The notes: generated by a model from the letters alone, not told the origin. Counted from the stretch's first letter, positions 14,346-23,411 are shown. The stretch: 32,000 nucleotides of DNA from Candidatus Omnitrophota bacterium (GCA_963662715.1 OY759724.1:3270001-3302000), one strand, 5' to 3'. Numbers and translations are program-made.

Positions 14346-15614
14346 TCATCCGCCATTTTTAAAGAAATTCTTTAACAGATTCAGCAGGCACTGGCAATCT
14401 TTTAACCTGTGCATTCCGGAGATATAAAACGGTTCCTGACAGCTTGTCGGCCAAAGCACCTTATTTTTTAATAAATACCCGCACAAGTTCCGGTAAGCGT
14501 CCCGGGCAGATCCCTCCCCATCTTTCCGCGTTTCCCCGGACCGTTCCTTTTGTTCAGCCAGCCATCGCAGCCTCAGCATCGTGCCGTGATGAGATAATGT
14601 CAAAGACAGCTGTTCTTCCCGGAAAAAGGCATTCAGCTCATCCGCCAAAAATTCCGCCCGGGCGTTGACCGCACGATAAAAATCTTTATTCAGCAGTTTT
14701 AAAGTAGCCAGCCCCGCCCGCATAATAACAGGATTGGCCGACAAGTCTTCCCTCAGCAGGACGCCCCCCGGGGAAGCAGATTCCTTCATAATATGATACC
14801 GTCCTCCCAGCGCCCCCAAGGGAAAGCCTCCCCCGATAATTTTCCCCAGACAAATCAAGTCCGGAAAAATGCCGGACAGGGCCCCGGCACCCCCTTTATG
14901 AAAACGGTACCCGCTGGTGACTTCGTTAAAAATCAACACAATTTTGTGTTTCCTGGTCAACGAACGGAGCTCCTGCAGAAAGCCCTTTTCCCCCGGGACA
15001 ATCCCGCCTTCACTCATCACCGGTTCAAGCAGCACACAGGCAAGACTGTCTTTATAACGGCTGAAAGCCTCACCGAGCTGTTCCGTGTCATTATAAGGCA
15101 GAGAGACCGTTGATTGGGCGTCTGTCACGCCGCCGGTCTCCCGGGCATTCGAGGCCGGTTCATCAAAAGCCGTTTCAGAAGACGGAACCGAAGAGAACGT
15201 CATGACCCGCGTCTTTTTCGTAAAAGCCCGGGATATCTCTACGGCGCAGGCCAGAGCTTCTTTATCCGAATTAAAAAAACAGACCCGCTCCATTGAAGGG
15301 AATGACCTGACGATCTCTTTGGCCAGGTCGATCTCGGATTTCGTGTTAAAACCGAACCCCAGGCCCCGCTGCGCGGCTTTCTTGGCGGCAAGGACAACAT
15401 TGCGGTGAGCATGCCCGTAAACCAGACTTCCCCAGGACAGACAATAATCCGTATAAGCATTGTCATCCTGGTCATAAAGAGACGCCCCTTTGCCGAAACG
15501 GAAGAACAACGGGGCGGCGGCCATCCCCTGAAATGAACGGCCCGTCCTGTTGGCCCCGCCGACAAAAAGCTTACGGCCCTGGGCGGCCAGAATATGAGAA
15601 TTTTTCTGTTTCAA
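14346..15614 (-). CDS. Class III aminotransferase-fold protein, divergent glutamate-1-semialdehyde 2,1-aminomutase (HemL)-like
   Basis: It is colinear with HemL: GGANRTGRSF (HemL GGVNSPVRAF), WGSLVYGHAH, FNEVTSGYRF and LGKIIGGGFPLGALGG (PLP lysine context). Several HemL-invariant blocks are altered (see findings). It overlaps mogA by 4 nt. Confidence 0.75.
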   Translation of the reverse strand: MKQKNSHILAAQGRKLFVGGANRTGRSFQGMAAAPLFFRFGKGASLYDQDDNAYTDYCLSWGSLVYGHAHRNVVLAAKKAAQRGLGFGFNTKSEIDLAKEIVRSFPSMERVCFFNSDKEALACAVEISRAFTKKTRVMTFSSVPSSETAFDEPASNARETGGVTDAQSTVSLPYNDTEQLGEAFSRYKDSLACVLLEPVMSEGGIVPGEKGFLQELRSLTRKHKIVLIFNEVTSGYRFHKGGAGALSGIFPDLICLGKIIGGGFPLGALGGRYHIMKESASPGGVLLREDLSANPVIMRAGLATLKLLNKDFYRAVNARAEFLADELNAFFREEQLSLTLSHHGTMLRLRWLAEQKERSGETRKDGEGSARDAYRNLCGYLLKNKVLWPTSCQEPFYISGMHRLKDCQCLLNLLKNFFKNGG

Positions 15615-16111
15615 TCTTTTGGACTTTTTTCTTGAGTGTGCGCCTTTCCGGCCAGCATATCGAGCCCGTGCGCCAGGACATCAAGCACGGCTGTCAATGA
15701 CTGTTCTGCCCCTTTAGGGCTCCCGGGCAGGTTGACCATCAGGGTTCTCCCTCTTATGCCTGCGATACCCCGCGACAAGATCGCCCGTTCGGAGAACTCC
15801 CGCCCTGCCGAGCGCATCGTTTCCGGGATGCCCGGGACATCCCGTTCAATAACTTCCCGGGTGGCTTCCGGGGTCCTGTCCCGGGGCCCAAAACCTGTTC
15901 CGCCGGTGGTTAAAACCAGGTCCACCTGAAGCCGGTCACAATAGGTCACCAGACGGGACTCGATCATTTCCTGATTATCCGGAACAACGTCATACTGGAC
16001 GATGTTCGCCGGCAAGGGCTTGATCAGGGACATCACGAGTTTTCCGCTGAGGTCCTCCCGCTGTCCCTGGGCGCAGGAATCGCTGACTGTTAACACGGCA
16101 CATGTATACAT
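15611..16111 (-). CDS. mogA: Molybdopterin adenylyltransferase MogA/MoaB family
   Basis: VLTVSDSCAQGQREDLSG ... DLVLTTGGTGFGPRDRTPEAT ... PGIPETMR ... LSRGIAGIRGRTLMVNLPGSPKG aligns well by eye with E. coli MogA. Confidence 0.85.
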   Translation of the reverse strand: MYTCAVLTVSDSCAQGQREDLSGKLVMSLIKPLPANIVQYDVVPDNQEMIESRLVTYCDRLQVDLVLTTGGTGFGPRDRTPEATREVIERDVPGIPETMRSAGREFSERAILSRGIAGIRGRTLMVNLPGSPKGAEQSLTAVLDVLAHGLDMLAGKAHTQEKSPKD

Positions 16112-16367
16112 CGGATCAACCTTTCATGATTCAAAAAAATAACGTTCAGGATAAAACAGGGCATTAAAACACGATCTTTTCATTATGACTCCGGGATGAC
16201 GAAACCGCCGCTGTGCGAGGACATCGGCTGCCCGAGGATCAGGCCTCCGAAAAAAGGAAAAACAATATCACTGATGCCGCAAATGGTTATGGTGACCGTA
16301 AAAATGCCGCCTTCTTACCGGGTTGCCGGCCGTGATATCTTAATTCTCAGGCCGTATAAATTTTTTA

Positions 16368-18458
16368 TTATAAACACAAATCCCTTATTTCCGCAAGCTT
16401 TGCCCGCGCGGCCAATTCCCCCTGCCGGATCAGTTCGTCAACCTTATAAAATTCAAACCACTGTGTCCCGGCCAGGTCAGGGTGAATGACAACATGCGCC
16501 AGTTCCGCACTGCTCTGACTGATAACGTATTCGGAAGCCATCAGACTTTTGACGATGATATCGGAGATGTTGGGATGAAAAGCCGCATCGAGATTCATCC
16601 GTAAAGGGGCGGTCATAAACCGGAAAGGGTTGCGCCGCAGGCGCGCCTTGAGCCTTTTCTTCCTCAGCTGCCTTTCCCGCAGGGCTTGGCCTTTCATCAC
16701 GTCTTCCGGGGACTGGAGCACGTTAACGGCTATGATCTTGTTGATGCCGCAATTTTGCAGCACATTTGTCGGCAGGGGGTTAAGAACCCCGCCGTCAATA
16801 ATCACCTGTTTCTTTTCAAAGACCGGTTCCATGACTCCGGGGATGGAAATGCTTTTTCTCACGGCGTCAACCAGCAGCCCGGAATCGATCACGATTTCCT
16901 GCCTCCGCTCCAGGTCATAAGCCACAATTTTAACCGGGATCCTGGATGAATAGAACGTCTTTTCCGCCAGATGTTTCTTCTTCAGCCAGTTTTTTAACAA
17001 CCGGCCGCCGATCAGCCCTGACTTCGGGACAACCGGGTCAAACAATTTCACGAGAGACCGCTGCGACCCGAACTCTTTGGCCAGAACGGTCATATCGTCG
17101 GCTGTCATCCCGGTCACCCACAAACTCGCGATCAGCGCCCCCATGCTGCTGCCGGCAACCATATCAACCGGGATATGTTCCTGTTCAAGCACGCGCAGCA
17201 CGCCGATATGGGCCAGTCCGAAAGCCGCGCCGCCGCCCAGCACCAGCCCCACCTGAATCCCGCTGACGCGCCGGGCCATCTTCCTTACAAACCGGCCGTA
17301 AGGGGAGTCGGTGCCCGGACAGCCGACATACAGATATTCAGAATCAAATATTTCTTTTAAATCACGGATATCAATATGCGGCAGCTTGGCGTAAACGTCA
17401 TAATCGATCCTGTTATTGATATCCTCCAAAGAAAAATCCACGGAGGACAATCCGCTCACCAGGACCGACAGTTTCTCGGGAGAAAAATTCCCCTTCAGTT
17501 CCTCTTCAATCCTGTAGATAATCTCTCTTGCCAAAGAACAGTTCTCGTCCCGGTCCAGGTTCACGATAAGGTGGATGTTATCTGACTGACCCAATGTCTT
17601 CAGGACAATATCATCCATATCATTAGGCAGGTCAACAACGACACAATGATAATCATGCTCCAGTTCCGTGACAAAAGCGCTGATATGCTGCCTCAAAGAC
17701 ATATCCTGCGGATCAAAACGGACGGACAACATATCAATAACCGTTTCCGAATGAAAGATATGCCGTTTAATGTTTTCATGGCTTGTGACCACATCGGTGA
17801 GCCTGGCCCCTTCCTTTTTCCAGAGCGGAGTCACCGGGACATCTTCCTGCGGCGCCGGCGGCGCCTGCCCTGTTTCCGAACGGAGGTTGACCAGGATGAC
17901 GTTCTGTTTCGCTTCACAATGCAGAGCAAAGGCCAGATGAGTCGCGTAGGTTGAACTTCCGGCGCCCTTAAACGGGCTGTAGACGGAAATGATCGAACCG
18001 GCGCTGCACACTTTTTCTTCATGCACAATATTGCGCCGGACTCTCCGCGACAGGCTCTGGCTGAACTCCAGCCCGAGCTGCGGGATATTCTGCAGGATTT
18101 CCTTAAAATGCTGTTTGTCGAGCTTAAGGACAACGGAATCGTTCAAAGCCTTGAACGTGAGCGAATGGTTCTGCCCGGTCAATAAAGAAATAATGCCGAA
18201 ATACATGCCCCGGCGGATAAAATCAACGTGCATCTTCTGCCCGCCGCTGTCCAGCAGGAACGACTGCACCCGCCCGGAAACCAGACAATAAAGGGCATCG
18301 GGCGGGTCGCCCTGTTTACGGATGATATCCCCTTTCCGGTACTCTTCCACTTCGGAGGATAAAGCAATCCGGTGCTGATCCAGCCACTTCAATGGCTGAA
18401 AAATCGGGAAGTCCCGGACAAAACCATAGCGTTTGATGTAAGAATATCCTTTGGCCAT
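16368..18458 (-). CDS. Three-domain protein: cyclic-nucleotide-binding domain, degenerate ParA/MinD/CpaE-like P-loop domain, patatin-like phospholipase domain
   Basis: Residues about 20-135 form a CAP_ED-like domain (YRKGDIIRKQGDPPDALYCLVSGRV ... GMYFGIISLL). Residues about 155-400 have a ParA-like layout with Walker A degraded to KGAGSST and Walker B-like CVVVDLP. Residues about 403-600 are patatin: GLVLGGGAAFG (oxyanion), GSSMG (nucleophile elbow, nt 17139-17153) and IIDGGVLNPLP (catalytic Asp). Confidence 0.85.
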   Translation of the reverse strand: MAKGYSYIKRYGFVRDFPIFQPLKWLDQHRIALSSEVEEYRKGDIIRKQGDPPDALYCLVSGRVQSFLLDSGGQKMHVDFIRRGMYFGIISLLTGQNHSLTFKALNDSVVLKLDKQHFKEILQNIPQLGLEFSQSLSRRVRRNIVHEEKVCSAGSIISVYSPFKGAGSSTYATHLAFALHCEAKQNVILVNLRSETGQAPPAPQEDVPVTPLWKKEGARLTDVVTSHENIKRHIFHSETVIDMLSVRFDPQDMSLRQHISAFVTELEHDYHCVVVDLPNDMDDIVLKTLGQSDNIHLIVNLDRDENCSLAREIIYRIEEELKGNFSPEKLSVLVSGLSSVDFSLEDINNRIDYDVYAKLPHIDIRDLKEIFDSEYLYVGCPGTDSPYGRFVRKMARRVSGIQVGLVLGGGAAFGLAHIGVLRVLEQEHIPVDMVAGSSMGALIASLWVTGMTADDMTVLAKEFGSQRSLVKLFDPVVPKSGLIGGRLLKNWLKKKHLAEKTFYSSRIPVKIVAYDLERRQEIVIDSGLLVDAVRKSISIPGVMEPVFEKKQVIIDGGVLNPLPTNVLQNCGINKIIAVNVLQSPEDVMKGQALRERQLRKKRLKARLRRNPFRFMTAPLRMNLDAAFHPNISDIIVKSLMASEYVISQSSAELAHVVIHPDLAGTQWFEFYKVDELIRQGELAARAKLAEIRDLCL

Positions 18459-18527
18459 ACACCCTTTCCGCGGTTTAAAAGAAAACCGTTACCCTTGTAC
18501 GCTGATGATATTTTTTCAGGCTCATTT

Positions 18528-18556
18528 AGTATAGAGAGAATATTTTTGAAAATCAA
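18528..18556 (-). promoter_or_regulatory. Possible sigma-70 promoter of the cNMP/patatin gene (TTGATT-17-TATACT)
   Basis: The minus strand reads TTGATTttcaaaaatattctctcTATACT, about 70 nt upstream of the ATG at 18458. Confidence 0.35.
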
Positions 18557-18637
18557 TAAAGGAGTCGGGAATCTCGGCCCGCGAACGAAAACACACGGCA
18601 TGAAACCGCAGGCTTTAAACGGCGTGTTGACCGGGCT

Positions 18638-19714
18638 CTATAGACTCGACAGCAGGACAAGCGTCTCCAGATGTTTTGTTTTGGGAAAGAAATCAAACGG
18701 GATGATACGCCGCACCTTCCATCCGTTCTTTAAAAACACATCCAAATCCTTGATCAAAGATTCCCTGTGGCAGGAAAGGTATAACAAATAACCGAAATCC
18801 TTTCTTGCCGCCAGGAAGACAGCTGTTTGAGGCGTCAACCCTTTCCGGGGCGGGTCAATCATGGCGACCTGACAGGACGCCGGCCTCTGCGCAAGCCCGG
18901 CATAAACATCCTCCATGCGTCCGCTCACGATCTTAAACTGATCATAACCGTGATAAGCCGCGTTATATTCAGCACAGCGGGTGGCATAAATGTTCTCTTC
19001 GACCAAAACAACATCACGGACATGATCCGCCAGACAGATCCCGAAAAGCCCCACCCCTCCGTACAGGTCAAAGAAGGTTATATCCGGGTGAAAAATTCCC
19101 AAATCAATGATATGGTCTATTAGAAGAGGCAGGATAGACAGGTTGGCCTGAAAAAACGTATCCAGAGAAAAATGCACTTTCTTCCCTTTCACCGCGGTCC
19201 ACAAAAAATCCTCTTCTTTCATCCTGAGCGAGCGGCGCCCGATCCCTCCCCAGAAAACGCGCCCGTCATCCCCGGTCTTAACAACAAGGTTCGCGTTCCG
19301 GTATTTCGCGGGCAGACAACCGGCGGCCTGTTTCTTTAACTCGGGTAAGAAACCGGAAATGGGCGGAAGGGCCAGCGGACAGTCCGAAACTTCAACCACC
19401 CGGTTGCGGCCGGCGGGAGAAAAGCCTATAAAGATTTCCTGCCCACGGGTCTTGAGCAGTTTCATGTCCAGGCGGCACCGGTAATGATACTCTAACGGAG
19501 AAGGAACGATGGGGCTGAGCAGCTCCCGGTCAACGGCAAGTTCCGATTCCAGCAGCCGGGAAAGCTCTTCAAATTTGATACGGCATTCATCCGGGTAAGC
19601 ATGGTCCTGGTACTGACAGCCTCCGCATTGCCCGAACAGCGGACACAGCGGTTTGACTGCCCGGGTATTTTCCTGTTTCGTAGGGGTTGAATGGCACATA
19701 GATTTTTCATACAC
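18638..19714 (-). CDS. RumA/TrmA-family SAM-dependent RNA (uracil-5)-methyltransferase with N-terminal Fe-S cysteines, no TRAM domain
   Basis: The Cys cluster is CPLFGQCGGCQYQ. The SAM motif is FDLYGGVGLFG. The DPPRKG motif and the C-terminal catalytic-Cys context YLSCH are both present. Confidence 0.85.
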   Translation of the reverse strand: MYEKSMCHSTPTKQENTRAVKPLCPLFGQCGGCQYQDHAYPDECRIKFEELSRLLESELAVDRELLSPIVPSPLEYHYRCRLDMKLLKTRGQEIFIGFSPAGRNRVVEVSDCPLALPPISGFLPELKKQAAGCLPAKYRNANLVVKTGDDGRVFWGGIGRRSLRMKEEDFLWTAVKGKKVHFSLDTFFQANLSILPLLIDHIIDLGIFHPDITFFDLYGGVGLFGICLADHVRDVVLVEENIYATRCAEYNAAYHGYDQFKIVSGRMEDVYAGLAQRPASCQVAMIDPPRKGLTPQTAVFLAARKDFGYLLYLSCHRESLIKDLDVFLKNGWKVRRIIPFDFFPKTKHLETLVLLSSL

Positions 19715-19757
19715 GCAGCCGGCGGAAGGGAACAGACCTTAAGCAGAAGCTGTGATG

Positions 19758-20366
19758 TTATTTTTTCGGTTTGATCGTGTCAAAAGAGGAAATCGTTTTA
19801 TTGACAAGTTTTAAATATTTATCAAAAGTGCTTTCCCTGGCCGAGTAAGTGATAATGAAGACCCGGTTGCCCACAATGGTCCAGACATGCATATACTTCA
19901 GGGGGTCATCGATGCCTTCCACCACACCGACATAAACGAACCTGTACCCCCGCCTTCTCCCGACCCAGCAAGGCTCTTTTTTAAGCACTTTCATATACCC
20001 TTTAAAAGTCCTGGTAACCTGGAGCACCATTTTGGGCGAAAGTTTCTTTAACGTTCTGTATTCATCTTCCAGTTCGCGGTAAGTTAAAACAATGTTTTCC
20101 GTATAGGTATCCAACGGCCCTTCCGGCGGCGCAAAAAAAACGATGATGGCCCCGGGCTGTTTAGGGTCATTAAACCCCCAATGATTCGGGAACTTGATCT
20201 GGATCCCGGTCGGAGGGTGAGTGAACGTGGCAAAGCCCCGGATCTTTATGGCGTTAAGGAGCGTAATAACCACGACCAGAACGCCCACAACAATAAGCGT
20301 ATTTAAAATAAGGGACTGCCACCGGGATTTTTCCTTGAGTTCCGTAAGTATCGACTGCTTCTCCAT
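19758..20366 (-). CDS. Membrane-anchored hypothetical protein (202 aa)
   Basis: One N-terminal TM helix (LILNTLIVVGVLVVVITLL) precedes a beta-rich soluble domain. No family recognised. Confidence 0.6.
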   Translation of the reverse strand: MEKQSILTELKEKSRWQSLILNTLIVVGVLVVVITLLNAIKIRGFATFTHPPTGIQIKFPNHWGFNDPKQPGAIIVFFAPPEGPLDTYTENIVLTYRELEDEYRTLKKLSPKMVLQVTRTFKGYMKVLKKEPCWVGRRRGYRFVYVGVVEGIDDPLKYMHVWTIVGNRVFIITYSARESTFDKYLKLVNKTISSFDTIKPKK

Positions 20367-20422
20367 AAAAAATTCCTTTCGTCTGCTCTTGAATCAATGA
20401 CTGCATTGCATCCTGATGAGAC

Positions 20423-21916
20423 TCATTCATTATTATTACAAACTTTCCGCCGGTCAACAATCCTTTTTTCTTTTCCCGCTGTTTCCAGCTGCAGGCGTTC
20501 GACCATATCCGCAAGAGCGATAAACTCAATTTTATTGGGGGATATTTCCGTCTCCAGATAAAACTTCTTCTTAACATGCTCCGCGAACGTCTGGACAGGG
20601 ACAGAGTCCTTGGCAGTGATATAGATATTCAGCAGATCAACCTCAAAAGGGTCGTCGTCCTTCTTGCCGATCTCGATCTGCCATTCTTCGATCTCCGCAC
20701 ACCCGTCCAATACGGAAGACAATTTGTTCAAATTCACCAGCGACCCCTTGATTTTCGTCAACTGCAGGTCCTTGATGTTGGAAATCCGGGTGATATCGCT
20801 CGAGATCACCGGGACCGTACGTCCGCAATAAGGGCAGGGCTGGTAGGTGATCCCTCCTTTCACAAAGTCGCCTGTCCGGTAGCGCAGCACACTGCTGCCC
20901 CGGGAATTGATCGAGGTGTAGACGAGCTCCCCGTCCTCGCCTTCTCCCTTAACCTTGCCGGTCTGCGGGTCGATAATTTCAAAGATCTCCTTGTCAGGAT
21001 AAGTGTGGTACCCGCTGGAGGCATTCCCGCCGGCCGGGCATTCCGCCCAGGCCATGCGGGCTTCCGTAAACCCGTACGTCCCCAAAACATAGACCTCCCG
21101 GGACCCGAGTTCGGCTAAGAGCTCGGTGATTTTGTGTTTAAACCCCGGCTCAACGCGGGCCGCTCCCAAAACGATCTTTTTGACAAAATCCATGCGGCAC
21201 CCCATGGCCCTGGCCTCTCTTAAGACATGGTAAAGATAACTGGGCGTCCCCAGGATGACAGCCGGCCGGATTTTCAGAATCGATTTGATATTGCCTTGCG
21301 TGCCGAAAACCTTCCCCCCTCCCGTACTTAAAATGAAATGCCCGGCGGCGATCCCGCCCAGCACAACCTGCCAGAAGGCCAAATGCGGGGCATAAGGAAA
21401 AAGGTTCACCAGATATTCATGAGGGGCGATATCCAGCACCTGGATCAGCCGCTCTCCGGCATGATTTAAATTATTCAAGTCGTACCGGGAATAAAGGTAA
21501 GCCAGCGGCGTCTGGGTGGTACCGCTGGTGAATGTCATAAAAACAGGCCGGAACTCACGCCCGAGCTTTTCCCGGACATGTTTTTCCCCGTATACGAGCT
21601 TCTCAACCTGAAGAGCCACTAACTTGCTTATCGGCCAGGACTGCTTTAGTGTGGACACGCTGGGCCGCAGGACAAACTCACGGAACTTGTCCGGCTTTTC
21701 CGGGTCGACAAAATCCTGTTTTGTTGTAAACGGGACCTGCCCGAGGTCTTCAACGGTTCGGATGGACCGGGGGCGGATGGCATTCCGGTCGAATAACTGC
21801 TTATAAAAAGGGCTGAAGGGATATAAATAATGATTGACAAACTCGAATAATCTCTTATTCTGGCAATCCCTGATTTTCTGCGGAGAGGAGAACTGTAATT
21901 GATGCCAACGTGTCAT
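20423..21916 (-). CDS. Adenylate-forming enzyme of the phenylacetate-CoA ligase / coenzyme F390 synthetase (PaaK/CapK) family
   Basis: The AMP-binding motifs are FTSGTTQTPL, YGFTEA and RYRTGD. The 497-aa size and the N-terminal helical domain are typical of the PaaK-like subgroup. Confidence 0.8.
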   Translation of the reverse strand: MTRWHQLQFSSPQKIRDCQNKRLFEFVNHYLYPFSPFYKQLFDRNAIRPRSIRTVEDLGQVPFTTKQDFVDPEKPDKFREFVLRPSVSTLKQSWPISKLVALQVEKLVYGEKHVREKLGREFRPVFMTFTSGTTQTPLAYLYSRYDLNNLNHAGERLIQVLDIAPHEYLVNLFPYAPHLAFWQVVLGGIAAGHFILSTGGGKVFGTQGNIKSILKIRPAVILGTPSYLYHVLREARAMGCRMDFVKKIVLGAARVEPGFKHKITELLAELGSREVYVLGTYGFTEARMAWAECPAGGNASSGYHTYPDKEIFEIIDPQTGKVKGEGEDGELVYTSINSRGSSVLRYRTGDFVKGGITYQPCPYCGRTVPVISSDITRISNIKDLQLTKIKGSLVNLNKLSSVLDGCAEIEEWQIEIGKKDDDPFEVDLLNIYITAKDSVPVQTFAEHVKKKFYLETEISPNKIEFIALADMVERLQLETAGKEKRIVDRRKVCNNNE

Positions 21917-21953
21917 GAGTTTTTCATATTAAAATAAACGGTCAAGTCTAAGC

Positions 21954-21982
21954 ATTATAGCAACCTTCCTCCTCTCAAACAA
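21954..21982 (-). promoter_or_regulatory. Possible extended -10 promoter for the PaaK-like gene (TTGTTT-17-[TGc]TATAAT)
   Basis: The minus strand reads TTGTTTgagaggaggaaggtTGcTATAAT. The -10 is perfect and has a TGn extension. Confidence 0.3.
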
Positions 21983-22046
21983 ATCAAAAATCCTATTAAT
22001 GGGGGGACAGTTCCTTAGATAAAATTTAAAGGAGGGGGATGAATCA

Positions 22047-22778
22047 TCACCTGCGCTGTCTGAAAAAAACACCAAACAGCCCCAGACTGAAGAGCACAGC
22101 CGTTGCGGGTTCCGGCACAGCGGACGTTCCAAAGCCTAAACGTGTGAATTTCAAATCATCGACAACCGGGAAATGACCTGAGACGGAAAAACCTTTTATA
22201 TCAGTTACGTCGCGATGGAGAGCCAGAAAAAATCCGGCATTGACGGCATCTTCATCAGGCAGGATATCAACAGCCACAGATACTGCTTGATTGCCGGTAA
22301 GAAGAAAATTTATTTGAACTTCCCCATATGCCGCTCCGCCGCCCAGCCCATTTAAAAAGGCCCCCAGGCCGTTCACAGGGTCTTGGAACAAAAAATACAT
22401 CCCTCCGGCGTCGCCGTTTAAAACGATATAACCGTCACGCTGCTCATCCCAATAGCCATTTTCTCCCAGGTCATAATACCCATTACCAACCCATGACGTT
22501 GTCGGTGTCGATGCCCCCGAAGAACCCGTTTTAATGGAAGGATATGCGTTCCAAACGATGTCTTCTCCGGCTGAATCTCCGACATTCAAAGGGCCGTTGG
22601 TTTCAACGAACTCACCTTCAAACTGACTGAAATCAACAAGTGTCCAGTCCGGGAGAGGTTCATCTGTAATCATTCTGGTTATGGCATCAATATCAGTAAT
22701 AAGAGCTTGGGCCGGCTGAGGAGAAAGGAAAAGATAAAAAACAGTTAAGAAAACAGATAGTAATTTTAAACGATTCAT
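22047..22778 (-). CDS. PEP-CTERM sorting-domain protein (exosortase substrate)
   Basis: An N-terminal signal peptide is present. The C-terminus is VPEPATAVLFSLGLFGVFFRQRR, which is a PEP motif, a TM helix and a basic tail. Confidence 0.9.
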   Translation of the reverse strand: MNRLKLLSVFLTVFYLFLSPQPAQALITDIDAITRMITDEPLPDWTLVDFSQFEGEFVETNGPLNVGDSAGEDIVWNAYPSIKTGSSGASTPTTSWVGNGYYDLGENGYWDEQRDGYIVLNGDAGGMYFLFQDPVNGLGAFLNGLGGGAAYGEVQINFLLTGNQAVSVAVDILPDEDAVNAGFFLALHRDVTDIKGFSVSGHFPVVDDLKFTRLGFGTSAVPEPATAVLFSLGLFGVFFRQRR

Positions 22779-22784
22779 AGGAAT

Positions 22785-22820
22785 ATTTTAATTGTCGTTG
22801 AACAATTGTCAATATGACAA
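22785..22820 (-). promoter_or_regulatory. Sigma-70-like promoter TTGACA-16-TAAAAT with an overlapping TTGTCA-TAT-TGACAA palindrome; would give a leaderless mRNA
   Basis: The minus strand reads TTGTCAtatTGACAattgttcaacgacaatTAAAATattcctATG. Only 6 nt separate the -10 from the ATG, and there is no SD. Confidence 0.35.
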
Positions 22821-22859
22821 AATCACCCAGATATAGACAGCCAGGTTAATTAGCGGACA

Positions 22860-23411
22860 TCAGTATCCTGTCATTATCTCGCGGACTGACGCAATTCTCT
22901 GGCGGGCCTTTTGCGCTGCCTGTCTGGCTTTACTGCCGTTTACCGTTCTGGGGCCGGCAATACTTTCCCACATTTCCAGGGCATCTTCATAAGCATAAAG
23001 GGCTTTTTTCCATTCTTTTTTTCTGGCATGATATTCGCCCTGATTATATCTCGCCTGCGCCTCCCGGTATTTATCTACAATTTCCACCTCAGCCTCGTAC
23101 TGCTCCTGACTTCTCATGGCTTTTCTGTTATTATTGGCGTTACTTCTGCTTATCCGGATATTATCCTTCATTTTAGGGCAGAGGCACCCGTCTATCTTCG
23201 AAGCTTCGGTATAATACTCGGCGGCTTCGTCATAAAGCTCAGCCGCTTCCTCGTAATATTTGTTATCCGACGCCTCCATCGCGTCATCAAATGTCCGTTG
23301 AGCCTGTGCTTTGAGATGCTGACAGCTGCTGGCATAAAGAGAGACCGGGTTAACTATAACAAACAAACTCATGATCATGAACACAAAACCTATTCGCTTA
23401 ACAACCATCAT
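22860..23411 (-). CDS. Secreted or membrane-anchored helical (TPR-like) hypothetical protein
   Basis: I prefer the start at the ATGATG at 23411/23408, directly after GGAGGAGAG. The signal/anchor is VVKRIGFVFMIMSLFVIVNPVSLYA. The remainder is charged and helical (YYEEAAELYDEAAEYYTEA). The ORF is open up to 23477. Confidence 0.6.
   Translation of the reverse strand: MMVVKRIGFVFMIMSLFVIVNPVSLYASSCQHLKAQAQRTFDDAMEASDNKYYEEAAELYDEAAEYYTEASKIDGCLCPKMKDNIRISRSNANNNRKAMRSQEQYEAEVEIVDKYREAQARYNQGEYHARKKEWKKALYAYEDALEMWESIAGPRTVNGSKARQAAQKARQRIASVREIMTGY

Noticed and set aside
16112-16367. A possible molybdenum-cofactor (Moco) riboswitch in the 256-bp region upstream of mogA. The region contains GGCCTCCGAAAAAAGG on the plus strand and CGGAGGCC...CCTCGGGC on the minus strand.
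   Set aside because: I cannot reproduce the Moco motif consensus reliably from memory, and the most suggestive string is on the wrong strand for mogA. A cmscan with the Rfam Moco model would settle it. I am not reporting it as a feature.
16196-16489. A 97-aa plus-strand ORF spanning the mogA/patatin intergenic region.
   Set aside because: Its 3' half is antisense to the well-supported patatin C-terminus. It has no SD and a Pro/Arg-rich composition typical of a spurious frame.
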